From: Candidatus Krumholzibacteriia bacterium
Lineage (GTDB): Bacteria; Krumholzibacteriota; Krumholzibacteriia; JAJRXK01
Direction: 5' to 3'
Length of the DNA stretch: 64,000 nucleotides
NCBI GenBank assembly: GCA_041484665.1
Contig: JBGPIA010000003.1
Location: 10,229 to 74,228 of the forward strand
Part shown: positions 37,268 through 45,531 of the stretch, piece after piece
How the letters are laid out: each line of letters opens with the position of its first letter
Position numbering within the stretch: position 1 is the first letter of the stretch
Notes under the pieces: generated by a model
The model's database searches: none
Told to the model about the DNA's origin: nothing
Seen by the model: only the letters and a program-made list of their open reading frames with translations
Program-made: the position numbers and the translations under genes

Positions 37268-38025
37268 CAGAGCTGGTCCTGCAACTGGGACAGCTCCTCC
37301 TCGGATATGTCGGGATTGGCACTCACCGAGGTGGCGTCGTCCATGTCGTCGAGGGCGTTGATCAGGCGCAGCACAGCCTCGGCGTCCTTGCCGGCGACCG
37401 CGACGGTGGTGTTGGGCAGGGACGTGAGCTCGGCCGACAGCGTGGCGATGCCGGCCAGCTGGAGGCTCTCCGCCACGTCGTGGAACGCCTCGCGCGGGGT
37501 GGTCACCTGGATCTCGCCCTGCTGCGTCTGTACGTCCTCCGCCCCGGCGTCGATCACGACCTCCATCACCCGCTCCTCGTCGGCGACCTGGGGGTCGATG
37601 GTGATCACCCCCTTGCTCTCGAAGAAGCGCGCCGCGCTGCCCGGGCGATCCGCCAGCTTGCCCAGGTAGCGCGACAGCACGTGGCGCACTTCGGCGGCCG
37701 TGCGGTTGGTGTTGTCCGTGACGCAACGGATCAGGATGGCGACGCCCGCGGGGCCGAATGCCTCATAGGTGACCTCGGCATAGGTGGCCCCCTCGATCTC
37801 GCCGGTGCCGCGCTTGATCGCCCGCTCGATGTTGTCCTTGGGCATGCTGCCGGCCTTGGCGTTCTCGATGGCCGTGCGCAGGCGGGGGTTGGCCCCCGGG
37901 TCGCCGCCGCCGTCGCGCGCCGCCAGCGAGATCTCCTTGCCTAGCCGCGTGAACAGCCGTCCGCGTTTGGCGTCCGCCGCGCCCTTCTTCCGCTTGATGG
38001 TCGCCCATTTCGAATGACCCGACAC
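37267..38025 (-). CDS. yebC: YebC/PmpR family protein
   Basis: SGHSKWATIKRKKG, NPRLR, MPKDNIERAI, TDNTNRT. Confidence 0.96.
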   Translation of the reverse strand: MSGHSKWATIKRKKGAADAKRGRLFTRLGKEISLAARDGGGDPGANPRLRTAIENAKAGSMPKDNIERAIKRGTGEIEGATYAEVTYEAFGPAGVAILIRCVTDNTNRTAAEVRHVLSRYLGKLADRPGSAARFFESKGVITIDPQVADEERVMEVVIDAGAEDVQTQQGEIQVTTPREAFHDVAESLQLAGIATLSAELTSLPNTTVAVAGKDAEAVLRLINALDDMDDATSVSANPDISEEELSQLQDQL

Positions 38026-38058
38026 GACAGAACCTCCCCACCGCATGAGCCGGTGCTC

Positions 38059-40137
38059 TCAGCCCTCCGCCGTCTCTTTCTTGGCTTCCTCGATGATCTT
38101 GGTCGCGAGCTCCGCGGGGACCTCTTGGTAATGGTCGAAGGTGATCGTGTGCGTGGCCCGCCCCTGGGTCATGGAGCGCAGCGTCGTGCTGTACTTCGAG
38201 AGCTCCGCGAGGGGCACCTGCGCCTTCACGATGGAGAACCGGCCGTCCGACTCGCTGCCCACGATGCGCCCCCGCCGTGACGAGAGGTCGCCCATGACGT
38301 CGCCCATCGCGGCCTCGGGGACCTTGACCTCGACCGTGTAGATTGGCTCCAGCAGGACGGCCTTGGCCTCCTCGAAGGCCGTCCGCAGCGCCAGCGCCGC
38401 GGCGGTCTTGAAGGCTGCCTCGCTGGAGTCGACGGCGTGGAACCCGCCGTCGTGGAGGGTCGCCCGGACGTCCACCACCTGGTTGCGGGCCAAGGGGCCC
38501 CGCTGCATCGACTCCCGCAGTCCCTTCTCGACCGCCGGGATGAACTTGTTGGGCACCACACCGCCCACGATTGCGTCGACGAACTCGAACCCTGCGCCGC
38601 GGGGCAGAGGCTCGAACTTGATGACGACATCGGCGAATTGTCCGCGCCCGCCGGTCTGTTTCTTGTGGCGCGCCGGCACGTCGACCACCGACTTGAGGGT
38701 CTCCAGATACGGGATGCGGGGATCGTGGCGGGTGACCTCGACGTGCGCCGTTTCCTTGAGCCGGTCCAGGAGCACGTCGAAATGCAACTCCCCCTGCCCC
38801 TCGAGCACCAGCTCGTGCGTCTGCGGGTCCAGCCTGGACTTGAAGGTGGGGTCCTCTTCGTGGATCTTGGTCAGCCCCTGGGCCACCTTGTCATCGTCCC
38901 CCTGGTGCACCGGACGGAGTGCCACGCGACTGTTGGGGCTGGGGTAGGGGATGGGCGGGAGCACGCCCGCTACGCCCCTGTCGCCCAGCGTGTCGCCGGC
39001 GTGGGTGCCCTTGAGCTTGACCGCCGCGGCGAAGTCGCCGGCGCCGGCCCGCTCGATCCGCTCGCGGTTCTTGCCCTCGAGGCTGAAGAGCCCGGAGATG
39101 CGCTCGGTCGAGCCGCGCGACAGGTTGGTGAGCTCGGCTCCCGTGGCAATGCTGCCGGCGAAGACGCGCAGCAATGCCAGCTCCCCCGCGTCCTTCTCGC
39201 TGGCGATCTTGAACACCCGAGCCACCGTGGGCGCCGCGGCGCCCGCGGGGATGGCGACCGTGGCACCCTTGCTGTTCACGCCTTGCAGCGCGGTGCGCAT
39301 TGCCGCCGCCGGCAGGTACTCCTTGACGCAGTGCAAGAGCGCCCCCATGCCGATGCCGCTCGCAGCGCTCACGGCGCATACGGGGAAGAAGGTGCGGTCG
39401 CGAACACCGATGCCGATGCCGTGGATCAGCTCCTCGTAGGTGAGACTGCCTTCTTCCAGAAACTTCTCCACCAGCGCATCGTCGTGCTCGGCGGCGGCGT
39501 TGAAAAGCTCCTCGCGCGCCGCCTCGTAGGCCGAATTCATGTCGGCCGGAATCTCCGCCTGCACCGCGTGCCCGGGTTTGTCCAGGATCCAGGCGACCCC
39601 CTGCGCCACGTCGACGACACCGCGGAACCCCTCTCCGCGGCCGATGGGCAGCTGGACGGGGATGGCCTTGGGTGTGAGGCGCTCGCGCACCTGCGCCATC
39701 GCCGCGCCGAAGTCGGCGTGCTCCTTGTCCATCCGGGACACAACGATGAGGGCAGGCAGCTGCGCCTGGCCCAGCCGCTCCCACAGCGCCTCCGTTGCGA
39801 CCTCAACGCCAGCGTCACCGCGCACGACGAGCAACCCACTCTCGACCACGCAGAGGGCGGCCGCGACCTCCCCCCTGAAGTCCTCGAACCCCGGGGTGTC
39901 GAGCAGGTTGAACTTGGTGCCCTCGTACTCGCAGGCGCCCAGCGCCAGGTAGATGCTGGTACGGCGATGGATCTCGTTGGGATGAAAGGCGAGGTTGCTC
40001 GTGCCCTCGTCGACACTTCCCATGCGCTGGATCGCCCCGGTCTGGAAGAGCACCGCCTCCGCGAGCGTGGTCTTGCCGCAGGCCTGATGGCCCAGGATCG
40101 CGACGTTGCGGATACTCGCGGGGTCGTAGCTCTTCAC
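38059..40137 (-). CDS. fusA: Elongation factor G paralog (EF-G2/FusA2-like)
   Basis: GHQACGKTT, DTPGFEDF, SRMDK, GQGELH, KKQTGGRGQFA, DSSEAAF, LEP..GDVMGDLSSRRG; AAGGAG SD before GTG. Confidence 0.9.
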   Translation of the reverse strand: MKSYDPASIRNVAILGHQACGKTTLAEAVLFQTGAIQRMGSVDEGTSNLAFHPNEIHRRTSIYLALGACEYEGTKFNLLDTPGFEDFRGEVAAALCVVESGLLVVRGDAGVEVATEALWERLGQAQLPALIVVSRMDKEHADFGAAMAQVRERLTPKAIPVQLPIGRGEGFRGVVDVAQGVAWILDKPGHAVQAEIPADMNSAYEAAREELFNAAAEHDDALVEKFLEEGSLTYEELIHGIGIGVRDRTFFPVCAVSAASGIGMGALLHCVKEYLPAAAMRTALQGVNSKGATVAIPAGAAAPTVARVFKIASEKDAGELALLRVFAGSIATGAELTNLSRGSTERISGLFSLEGKNRERIERAGAGDFAAAVKLKGTHAGDTLGDRGVAGVLPPIPYPSPNSRVALRPVHQGDDDKVAQGLTKIHEEDPTFKSRLDPQTHELVLEGQGELHFDVLLDRLKETAHVEVTRHDPRIPYLETLKSVVDVPARHKKQTGGRGQFADVVIKFEPLPRGAGFEFVDAIVGGVVPNKFIPAVEKGLRESMQRGPLARNQVVDVRATLHDGGFHAVDSSEAAFKTAAALALRTAFEEAKAVLLEPIYTVEVKVPEAAMGDVMGDLSSRRGRIVGSESDGRFSIVKAQVPLAELSKYSTTLRSMTQGRATHTITFDHYQEVPAELATKIIEEAKKETAEG

Positions 40138-40274
40138 GGACACGCTCCTTGCGGTTCGGCGGCTGCCGACGCGCCGCCCGGGTTGTCGAGGGCACCGGGA
40201 AAAATTGGCGGGCGGAGCCGCTGCGGGCGCCAACCCACCCGCGCGGGCGGGGGCGTACAGGCGCCAGACGGCCC

Positions 40275-40304
40275 AATCTATCACTGCGGCGAAAACAGTG
40301 TCAA
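40275..40304 (-). promoter_or_regulatory. Sigma70 promoter for the EF-G paralog / yebC-ruv operon
   Basis: TTGACA, 18 bp, TAGATT with extended TG. Confidence 0.6.
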
Positions 40305-40468
40305 CGCAGCGCCCCGCACGCGGCCGGCCCCGAGCTCTGGCGGGGGGGCCGAGCTGCCGCAGGCACCCCCCAGGCTGCTCAGGCCGCCGCAGCCGGACCT
40401 ACCGCCGGGCGCCCGGGCATCCTTATATTGTGCCGGCGGCGCGAGTCGGCAGCGCGCAGACTTTGGTT

Positions 40469-40498
40469 TTGACAGCGCGGCGGGGGCCGGCCTAGAGT
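40469..40498 (+). promoter_or_regulatory. Sigma70 promoter for the beta-barrel gene
   Basis: TTGACA, 18 bp, TAGAGT. Confidence 0.55.
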
Positions 40499-40635
40499 TT
40501 TGCGTTCACCCCACCGGTGGGCCTCACCCACGGACTCGCCCCTGCGCCGGGATCGTTCCTGCGCGCGGGCCGCCAGCGATCACCATCTCCGGCACGGCCA
40601 GCGCCGCGCCGGCCAGCCGGCGAGAGGAAGACCCG

Positions 40636-41538
40636 ATGGTCTCGACCTTACGCTCGACCGTGCGAGCCGCCTGCGGGGCGACGCTCCCGCTCAGCCTGGC
40701 GCTCACCCTGGCGATCATCGGCTGCCTGCTGGGAGCCCCCCCGGCCCGGGCGCAGTACGCGCCGCCCGCGAAGGACGCTCCGGCGACGCCGCCGGCGAAG
40801 GACGCCGGGCCCTCGCCGGCGGCCAAATCTGCCGCTGCGGCCCCCCCGGCAGAGGGCAAGCCGATCTTCCAGGTGCAGCGCATCGAGCTCTCGCTCTTCG
40901 CAGGCCCATTCTTCGGGGCGACGTATCTGCAGCTCCCGGACATCTTCGATGTGCAGCGCACGCGCGACCTCGGAGCGAGCGACATCCTGGATTTCAGCGG
41001 TCGGCCGCTGCGCGCTGCCGACAGTTCGCCGATCCGGGCCCCGCACAAGAAACTGGAGAACGGCACGCTGTTCGGGGGCGCAGCCACGTTCTACTTGAGC
41101 GACCGCTTCGGGCTTGAACTGCGCGGCGTCTACGGAAAGACCCAGGCCACGGTCACCGGCCACACCGACCGCAATCCGACGGTCTACGAGTGGGACCGCA
41201 GCAACGTGTCGGTCTACCAGGGCGGGGCGAACATGGTCTACCAGGTGTCCCGCGGCAAACTCCGTCCCTACTTCAACCTGGGGTTTGGCGGCATCCTCAA
41301 CAACTACCCCCGCACCCGGGACGTGGGGGCGCTCTACTTCCTGTGGGGCGGGGGGCTGCACTACCCGCTCTCGCCGCGGTTGTCCGCCCAGCTCTCGGTG
41401 GATGCCAGCCTGTACAGCTACAAGAACAATGAGATCATCTTCAACGAGACGATCACACTGCCCATGATCTCGGCGGGGCTGACCTGGCGCCACGACGTAC
41501 CCCCGGCGCCTGCGGTCGTGGAACCCGGCAACCCCTGA
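40636..41538 (+). CDS. Outer-membrane beta-barrel protein (OmpA/OmpW-like 8-strand)
   Basis: GAGGAAG SD; signal peptide ending PARA; Pro/Ala linker; strands ATFYL..RFGLEL, LRPYFNLGFGG, WGGGLHY, AGLTWR. Confidence 0.8.
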   Translation: MVSTLRSTVRAACGATLPLSLALTLAIIGCLLGAPPARAQYAPPAKDAPATPPAKDAGPSPAAKSAAAAPPAEGKPIFQVQRIELSLFAGPFFGATYLQLPDIFDVQRTRDLGASDILDFSGRPLRAADSSPIRAPHKKLENGTLFGGAATFYLSDRFGLELRGVYGKTQATVTGHTDRNPTVYEWDRSNVSVYQGGANMVYQVSRGKLRPYFNLGFGGILNNYPRTRDVGALYFLWGGGLHYPLSPRLSAQLSVDASLYSYKNNEIIFNETITLPMISAGLTWRHDVPPAPAVVEPGNP

Positions 41539-41586
41539 CCGATCGCGGCCGGTCCGCCGCGCTACCCCTTCTGGCCCATCAACGAC

Positions 41587-41615
41587 GAGGCGCCCTCCTT
41601 CTGGGAGGGCGCCTC
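41587..41615. terminator. Hairpin between convergent genes (probably bidirectional terminator)
   Basis: gaggcgccctcc-ttctg-ggagggcgcctc, perfect 12-bp stem. Confidence 0.65.
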
Positions 41616-41663
41616 TTAGTGCTGGCCCCGGGCCCGACGGTGACGGCGCCCGGGCGCAGGGCA

Positions 41664-41861
41664 CTACATCATCTTCTTGGTCGCGGACCGTTTCGCGGTC
41701 CGCTTGCGACGGGCGCGCCTCTTGCCGCCCGCCTTCTTGCGGGCGCCGCCCTTCTTTCGGGCGCCACCCTTCTTCTTGGCCGCGCCCTTCTTCTTCCGAC
41801 GCTTCTTGGCTCCCGCCTTCTTGCGGGCAGCCGCCAGCATTGTCAGCATTCCGTCTTCCAT
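41664..41861 (-). CDS. Small Lys/Arg/Ala/Gly-rich basic protein (histone H1/Hc1-like)
   Basis: ARKKAGAKKRRKKKGAAKKKGGARKKGGARKKAGG...; mostly AAG Lys codons; own promoter and downstream hairpin; start 41861, 41849 or 41840. Confidence 0.75.
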   Translation of the reverse strand: MEDGMLTMLAAARKKAGAKKRRKKKGAAKKKGGARKKGGARKKAGGKRRARRKRTAKRSATKKMM

Positions 41862-41974
41862 CTTTCGTACGCCTCGCTTGTTGAGTGCAGCCTTGACTTG
41901 GGGCAAAGCCCCGCGAGTCGACGTTCGAACCACAACGAGTCTGCAACTCTCGTTCCGGTTCGTCTGTCTTGCGC

Positions 41975-42003
41975 ATTATTGAAATCGCCCCAAAGGGTGT
42001 CAA
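41975..42003 (-). promoter_or_regulatory. Near-consensus sigma70 promoter for the basic protein
   Basis: TTGACA, 17 bp, AATAAT; T-rich UP-like tract (TTTTTTGT) immediately upstream. Confidence 0.7.
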
Positions 42004-42105
42004 ACAAAAAATGCACGCGCGAGGTGGCCGGCGGAGGGGGGCGGCGTCAGTCGGAGGGTCGCGGTCGCGCCGCATGCGGATGTCGCAGGAGGACGGGACC
42101 ACGAA

Positions 42106-43956
42106 ATCGGGATAGGGGGCAGCGGGGATCGCCCGCTGCTCCCCTCCCACACCACCGGACATGCGGGTCCGCATCCGGCGGTTCGAGGAGTTGAGGTCAT
42201 CCGGCCAGCCGGGGGACTCCCAGTTGGTCGAAGAGCGAGTTCGGCAGCGCGATGTGTAGCCCCATCGCGGAGTTCTTCCACCAGCGGCGGGCGTTGGCGG
42301 CGACCCGCCGCGCTACGGCGTCGGGTGTGTCCCGCCGTCGCAGCTCGCGGTAGATGGTCCGCCCTCGCTTCCACTGCTTCAGCTGAAGGCTCCGCAAACG
42401 GTGCCGGATCCACTGGTCCAGTTCCGCGAAGATCTTCGGGGTGTCGGCGAGCTGGAAGTACTCCTTCCAGCCCCGCAGGTACGCCCGTAGTTCCCCACAG
42501 ACCTGTTCCAGGCTCCGCCCTCCGTTCCGGCACGTGATCTGCCGGACACGGCCCTTCATCGCCTCAAGGGCTGGCTTGGCGACCCGGCGCCGCACCACTC
42601 CCCCCGGCGCCACCCAGAAGGCGAAGCCGAGGAACTTGCGGTCGCACGCCCAGGCCACCGCGCTCTTGTCCCGATTGATCCGAAGCCGAAGCCCCGCGTA
42701 CAGCCGCTCCAGCAGCCGCATCACTCGCTCCCCCGCCCGCTGTGACCGCACATACACGTTGCAGTCATCGGCGTACCGGCAGAACGTGTGTTCGCGCTTC
42801 TCCAGCTCCTTGTCCACCTCGTCCAAAAGCACGTTCGCCAAGAGCGGTGAAATCGGTCCGCCCTGCGGCGTCCCTTCCCACCGCTCCACCACCACCCCGT
42901 CGGCCAGCACTCCGGCCTCCAGGTAGCGGCGAATCAGTCGCAGCATCCTCCGATCCCCGATACGCTTGGCAAGCCTGCTCATCAACACATCGTGATTGAC
43001 GCGATCGAAGAAGCGCTCCAGATCCACGTCTACCACCCAACGGCGTCCCTCCTGGATGTACTGCTGTGCCCGACACACCGCGTCGTGTGCACGCCGTCCA
43101 GGCCGGAATCCGTAGCTGTGGTCAGAGAAGCTCGGGTCGAATCGAGGCTGCAGCACCTGCAGCAGGGCCTGCTGGATGAAACGGTCGAGCACCGTCGGGA
43201 TCCCGAGTTCTCGGGTCCCGCCGCCGTCCTTGGGGATCGCGTGCCGTCTCACCGGCTGGGGCTGGTACGTCCCCACGAGCAGCTGCTCGCGGATCCGTGT
43301 CCAGTGCTCCCGCAGATGCTCGGCCAGCTCTCCCACCGTCATCCCGTCGATGCCGGGACTGCCCTTGTTCTGCTTCACTCGCCGGAGGGCTGCCTGCAGA
43401 TTCTGGCGTTCCACCACCAGCTCCATCAGGCGCTCCTCCCCCAAGCGCCCGGTCCCGTTCACCGCCGCCTTGACTTCCCCGCTCCCTTTCCCCGCAAGGG
43501 CTTCACCCCTGCCGAGAAAGGGGAACTCCAGTTGCCCGGACATCTGGGGCGCTGTCGCAGCGAGGTTCACGTCCGTCTCGCTCTCCTTCTCGTTTGGCCC
43601 TTCGCCCCGCGCTGCCCGCGGCGGCTACTATGGCCTCGGCTGACTTCTCGCTCCACCCGAAGGCGTCGCCCTTTCAGGCGCAAGGCGAGATCTCCCCAGG
43701 TAAGGACGCTGACCTTCACTGCACGACCGCCGCGTTTACGTCGCCTGAGCCTCGGTCACCAGAGCTTCGCGGTGTCATGCCCGCTCGCCCTGCCCGGCGC
43801 CGCCTCGTACGCGGTTCTTGTCCATCGGCCCGCAGTTTCGTTCCCCGCTTCCTTCACGCCGGCCTCACGGACCGACGCTCTGCGGTTCCCTTCGGTCGCC
43901 GTGACCAGCTCCCGGAAGGACTTCCACCTTCAAGTCAGCGCCCATGCTGGGCGCAC
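42106..43956 (-). mobile_element. Group II intron, bacterial class C (IIC), apparently complete
   Basis: 5' GTGCGCCCAGCATGGGCG at 43956; domain V GAACCGCCGGATGCGGACCCGCATGTCCGGTGG with CGC triad; domain VI bulged A at 42113, 8 nt from the CCCGAT 3' end; inserted 5 nt after an 11-bp hairpin. Confidence 0.92.
42197..43570 (-). CDS. ltrA: Group II intron reverse transcriptase/maturase (no endonuclease domain)
   Basis: NKGSPGIDG, IPK..GG.R.LGIPTV.DR..QQA, SYGFRPGR, DLERFFD, GTPQGGPISPLLAN, RYADD, domain X LRGWKEYF; alternative ATG at 43543. Confidence 0.96.
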   Translation of the reverse strand: MNLAATAPQMSGQLEFPFLGRGEALAGKGSGEVKAAVNGTGRLGEERLMELVVERQNLQAALRRVKQNKGSPGIDGMTVGELAEHLREHWTRIREQLLVGTYQPQPVRRHAIPKDGGGTRELGIPTVLDRFIQQALLQVLQPRFDPSFSDHSYGFRPGRRAHDAVCRAQQYIQEGRRWVVDVDLERFFDRVNHDVLMSRLAKRIGDRRMLRLIRRYLEAGVLADGVVVERWEGTPQGGPISPLLANVLLDEVDKELEKREHTFCRYADDCNVYVRSQRAGERVMRLLERLYAGLRLRINRDKSAVAWACDRKFLGFAFWVAPGGVVRRRVAKPALEAMKGRVRQITCRNGGRSLEQVCGELRAYLRGWKEYFQLADTPKIFAELDQWIRHRLRSLQLKQWKRGRTIYRELRRRDTPDAVARRVAANARRWWKNSAMGLHIALPNSLFDQLGVPRLAG

Positions 43957-43961
43957 ATGAG

Positions 43962-43993
43962 CGAGGCCGCGCATCGGATGTCGCGCGGCCTCG
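43962..43993 (-). terminator. Hairpin after tRNA-Leu; insertion target of the intron
   Basis: CGAGGCCGCGC-10nt-GCGCGGCCTCG, then CTCAT|intron|TTCG. Confidence 0.7.
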
Positions 43994-44007
43994 GCGCTGC
44001 GGAGATG

Positions 44008-44092
44008 TGGTGCCCGGGGCGGGATTCGAACCCGCACAGCTTGCGCCACTGCCCCCTCAAGACAGCGTGTCTGCCAATTCCACCACCCGGGC
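44008..44092 (-). tRNA. tRNA-Leu (anticodon GAG), CCA encoded
   Basis: Acceptor GCCCGGG/CCCGGGC-A-CCA; D arm TGGTGGAATTGGCAGACA; anticodon arm CTGTC-TTGAGGG-GGCAG; long variable arm; GGTTCGAATCC; the secG-tRNA-Leu(GAG) order matches E. coli secG-leuU. Confidence 0.97.
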
Positions 44093-44109
44093 ACGCGTTG
44101 GCGCGCGGC

Positions 44110-44556
44110 TCACTTTCCCTGGGGCTTCTGCTGGGTCGACGTTTCCGCACCTGCGGCCGGCGGTGCCGCGGGCGTCCCGGCCGGTGCCTGCACCGGTACC
44201 GCGGGAGCCGGCACCGCAGGCTGACCCTGCGCCGGCTCCGTCGTGGGCACCGCCGCGCCGCCCGTGACCGGCAGCTCTTCGAGTCCACGCCGGGCCTCCG
44301 CCTGGGGAGTGCGGTTGGCGCGGTTGGCCGTCATGACGACCAACAGGCCGCTGCAGAGCATGAAGCCCACCGCCAGGTAGATGGTGGCCTTATGCAGGAA
44401 GGTCGTGACCCCGTGGGTTCCGAACACGGCCTGCCCAGCCCCGCCGCCGAAGGCGCCCGCCAGCCCGTCGCCCTTGCTGGACTGCAGCAGGATCACGACG
44501 CAGAGCAGGAAACAGATCAGACCGTGGAGAGCAAACAGCAGGTAGTACATCGTCAT
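44110..44556 (-). CDS. secG: Preprotein translocase subunit SecG
   Basis: VILLQSSKGDGLAGAFGGG, two TM helices, Pro/Ala-rich tail. Confidence 0.95.
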   Translation of the reverse strand: MTMYYLLFALHGLICFLLCVVILLQSSKGDGLAGAFGGGAGQAVFGTHGVTTFLHKATIYLAVGFMLCSGLLVVMTANRANRTPQAEARRGLEELPVTGGAAVPTTEPAQGQPAVPAPAVPVQAPAGTPAAPPAAGAETSTQQKPQGK

Positions 44557-44619
44557 TCGCCTGGAGATCGAGGCCCGGTCGGGCCCCGGGAAAAGCGGTC
44601 GCCGCAGAACCGAACGGTC

Positions 44620-44648
44620 AAGCTAGCACGGGCGTTTGCGGGTGTCAA
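44620..44648 (-). promoter_or_regulatory. Sigma70 promoter for secG-tRNA-Leu
   Basis: TTGACA, 17 bp, TAGCTT with extended TG. Confidence 0.6.
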
Positions 44649-44724
44649 ACCGCGGGACGGCGGTGCGGCGAGAGCCCGCAGCGCCGGGCGGCGTGGACCG
44701 TCGAGCGATCCGGGCGACGCGGCG

Positions 44725-45495
44725 TCAGTGCCCGTCCTGGTAGCACACGATCTGCACGAACCGCTGGGCGTCGAGGCTGGCGCCACCCACCAGCGCACCG
44801 TCGATCTCCGGCGAGGACATGTAGGCGCGGATGTTCTCGGAGTTCACGCTGCCCCCGTACAGGATGCGGGTGGTCTGGGAGACCTTGTCCCCGCCACGCT
44901 CCCTTAGCAGACCGCGCACCAGGCGGTGCACGCGCTCGGCGTCGACCACCTCGGCGTTGCGTCCCGACCCGATGGCCCACACGGGCTCGTAGGCCATCAC
45001 CAGCGCCGCGATCTGCGGCGGGTCGAGCACGTCCAGCACCCGTGACACCTGGGCGATCACGTGCGCCTCGGTGCGCCCCGCCTCGCGGATCTCCAACGTC
45101 TCGCCGAAGCAGAAGACCGGCGTGATCCCCACGCGGAAGGCGGCGCGGATCTTGGCGGCGACCAGCTCATCGGTCTCGCCGAAGTTCTGCCGGCGCTCGC
45201 TGTGACCCAGGACGCAGCAGCGTACGCCGAGCTCCTTGAGCTGCTCGGCGCTCACGCCCCCCGTCACCGCTCCCGGCTCGTGGGGCACCAGATCCTGGGC
45301 CCCGACGCCGATAACGCTGCCCTCCAGGGCCTCCTTGACCGGGACGATGTGGGGGAACGACGGGCAGACTGCCACCTCCGGCCCGGCGTAGATGCCCGCC
45401 ACCTTGCGCTTGAGCTCCCGGGCGAGCGCCATCGCCCCGGAGTAGCTCAGGCTCATCTTCCAGTTGCCGATGATGAATGGACGGCGCATCGCCAC
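44725..45495 (-). CDS. tpiA: Triosephosphate isomerase
   Basis: GNWKM, GAVTGGVS, LGHSERR, AYEPVWAIGSG, YGGSV, LVGGASL. Confidence 0.97.
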   Translation of the reverse strand: MAMRRPFIIGNWKMSLSYSGAMALARELKRKVAGIYAGPEVAVCPSFPHIVPVKEALEGSVIGVGAQDLVPHEPGAVTGGVSAEQLKELGVRCCVLGHSERRQNFGETDELVAAKIRAAFRVGITPVFCFGETLEIREAGRTEAHVIAQVSRVLDVLDPPQIAALVMAYEPVWAIGSGRNAEVVDAERVHRLVRGLLRERGGDKVSQTTRILYGGSVNSENIRAYMSSPEIDGALVGGASLDAQRFVQIVCYQDGH

Positions 45496-45531
45496 GACCT
45501 ACCCCCGTGGATCCCGCCAGCAGAGGCGGCG

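Noticed and set aside
38437-40635. N-terminal about 730 aa of the 1033-aa plus-strand ORF 38437..41538
   Set aside because: Antisense to the EF-G paralog; only the part from ATG 40636 (SD, promoter, signal peptide) is a real gene
42197-43570. RT as retron, DGR, Abi or CRISPR-associated RT
   Set aside because: Flanking group II intron termini and domains V/VI, plus maturase domain X, identify it as an intron-encoded protein
44008-44092. tRNA-Leu as an integration site for a prophage or genomic island
   Set aside because: No integrase and no duplicated tRNA 3' end in the window; only the intron follows
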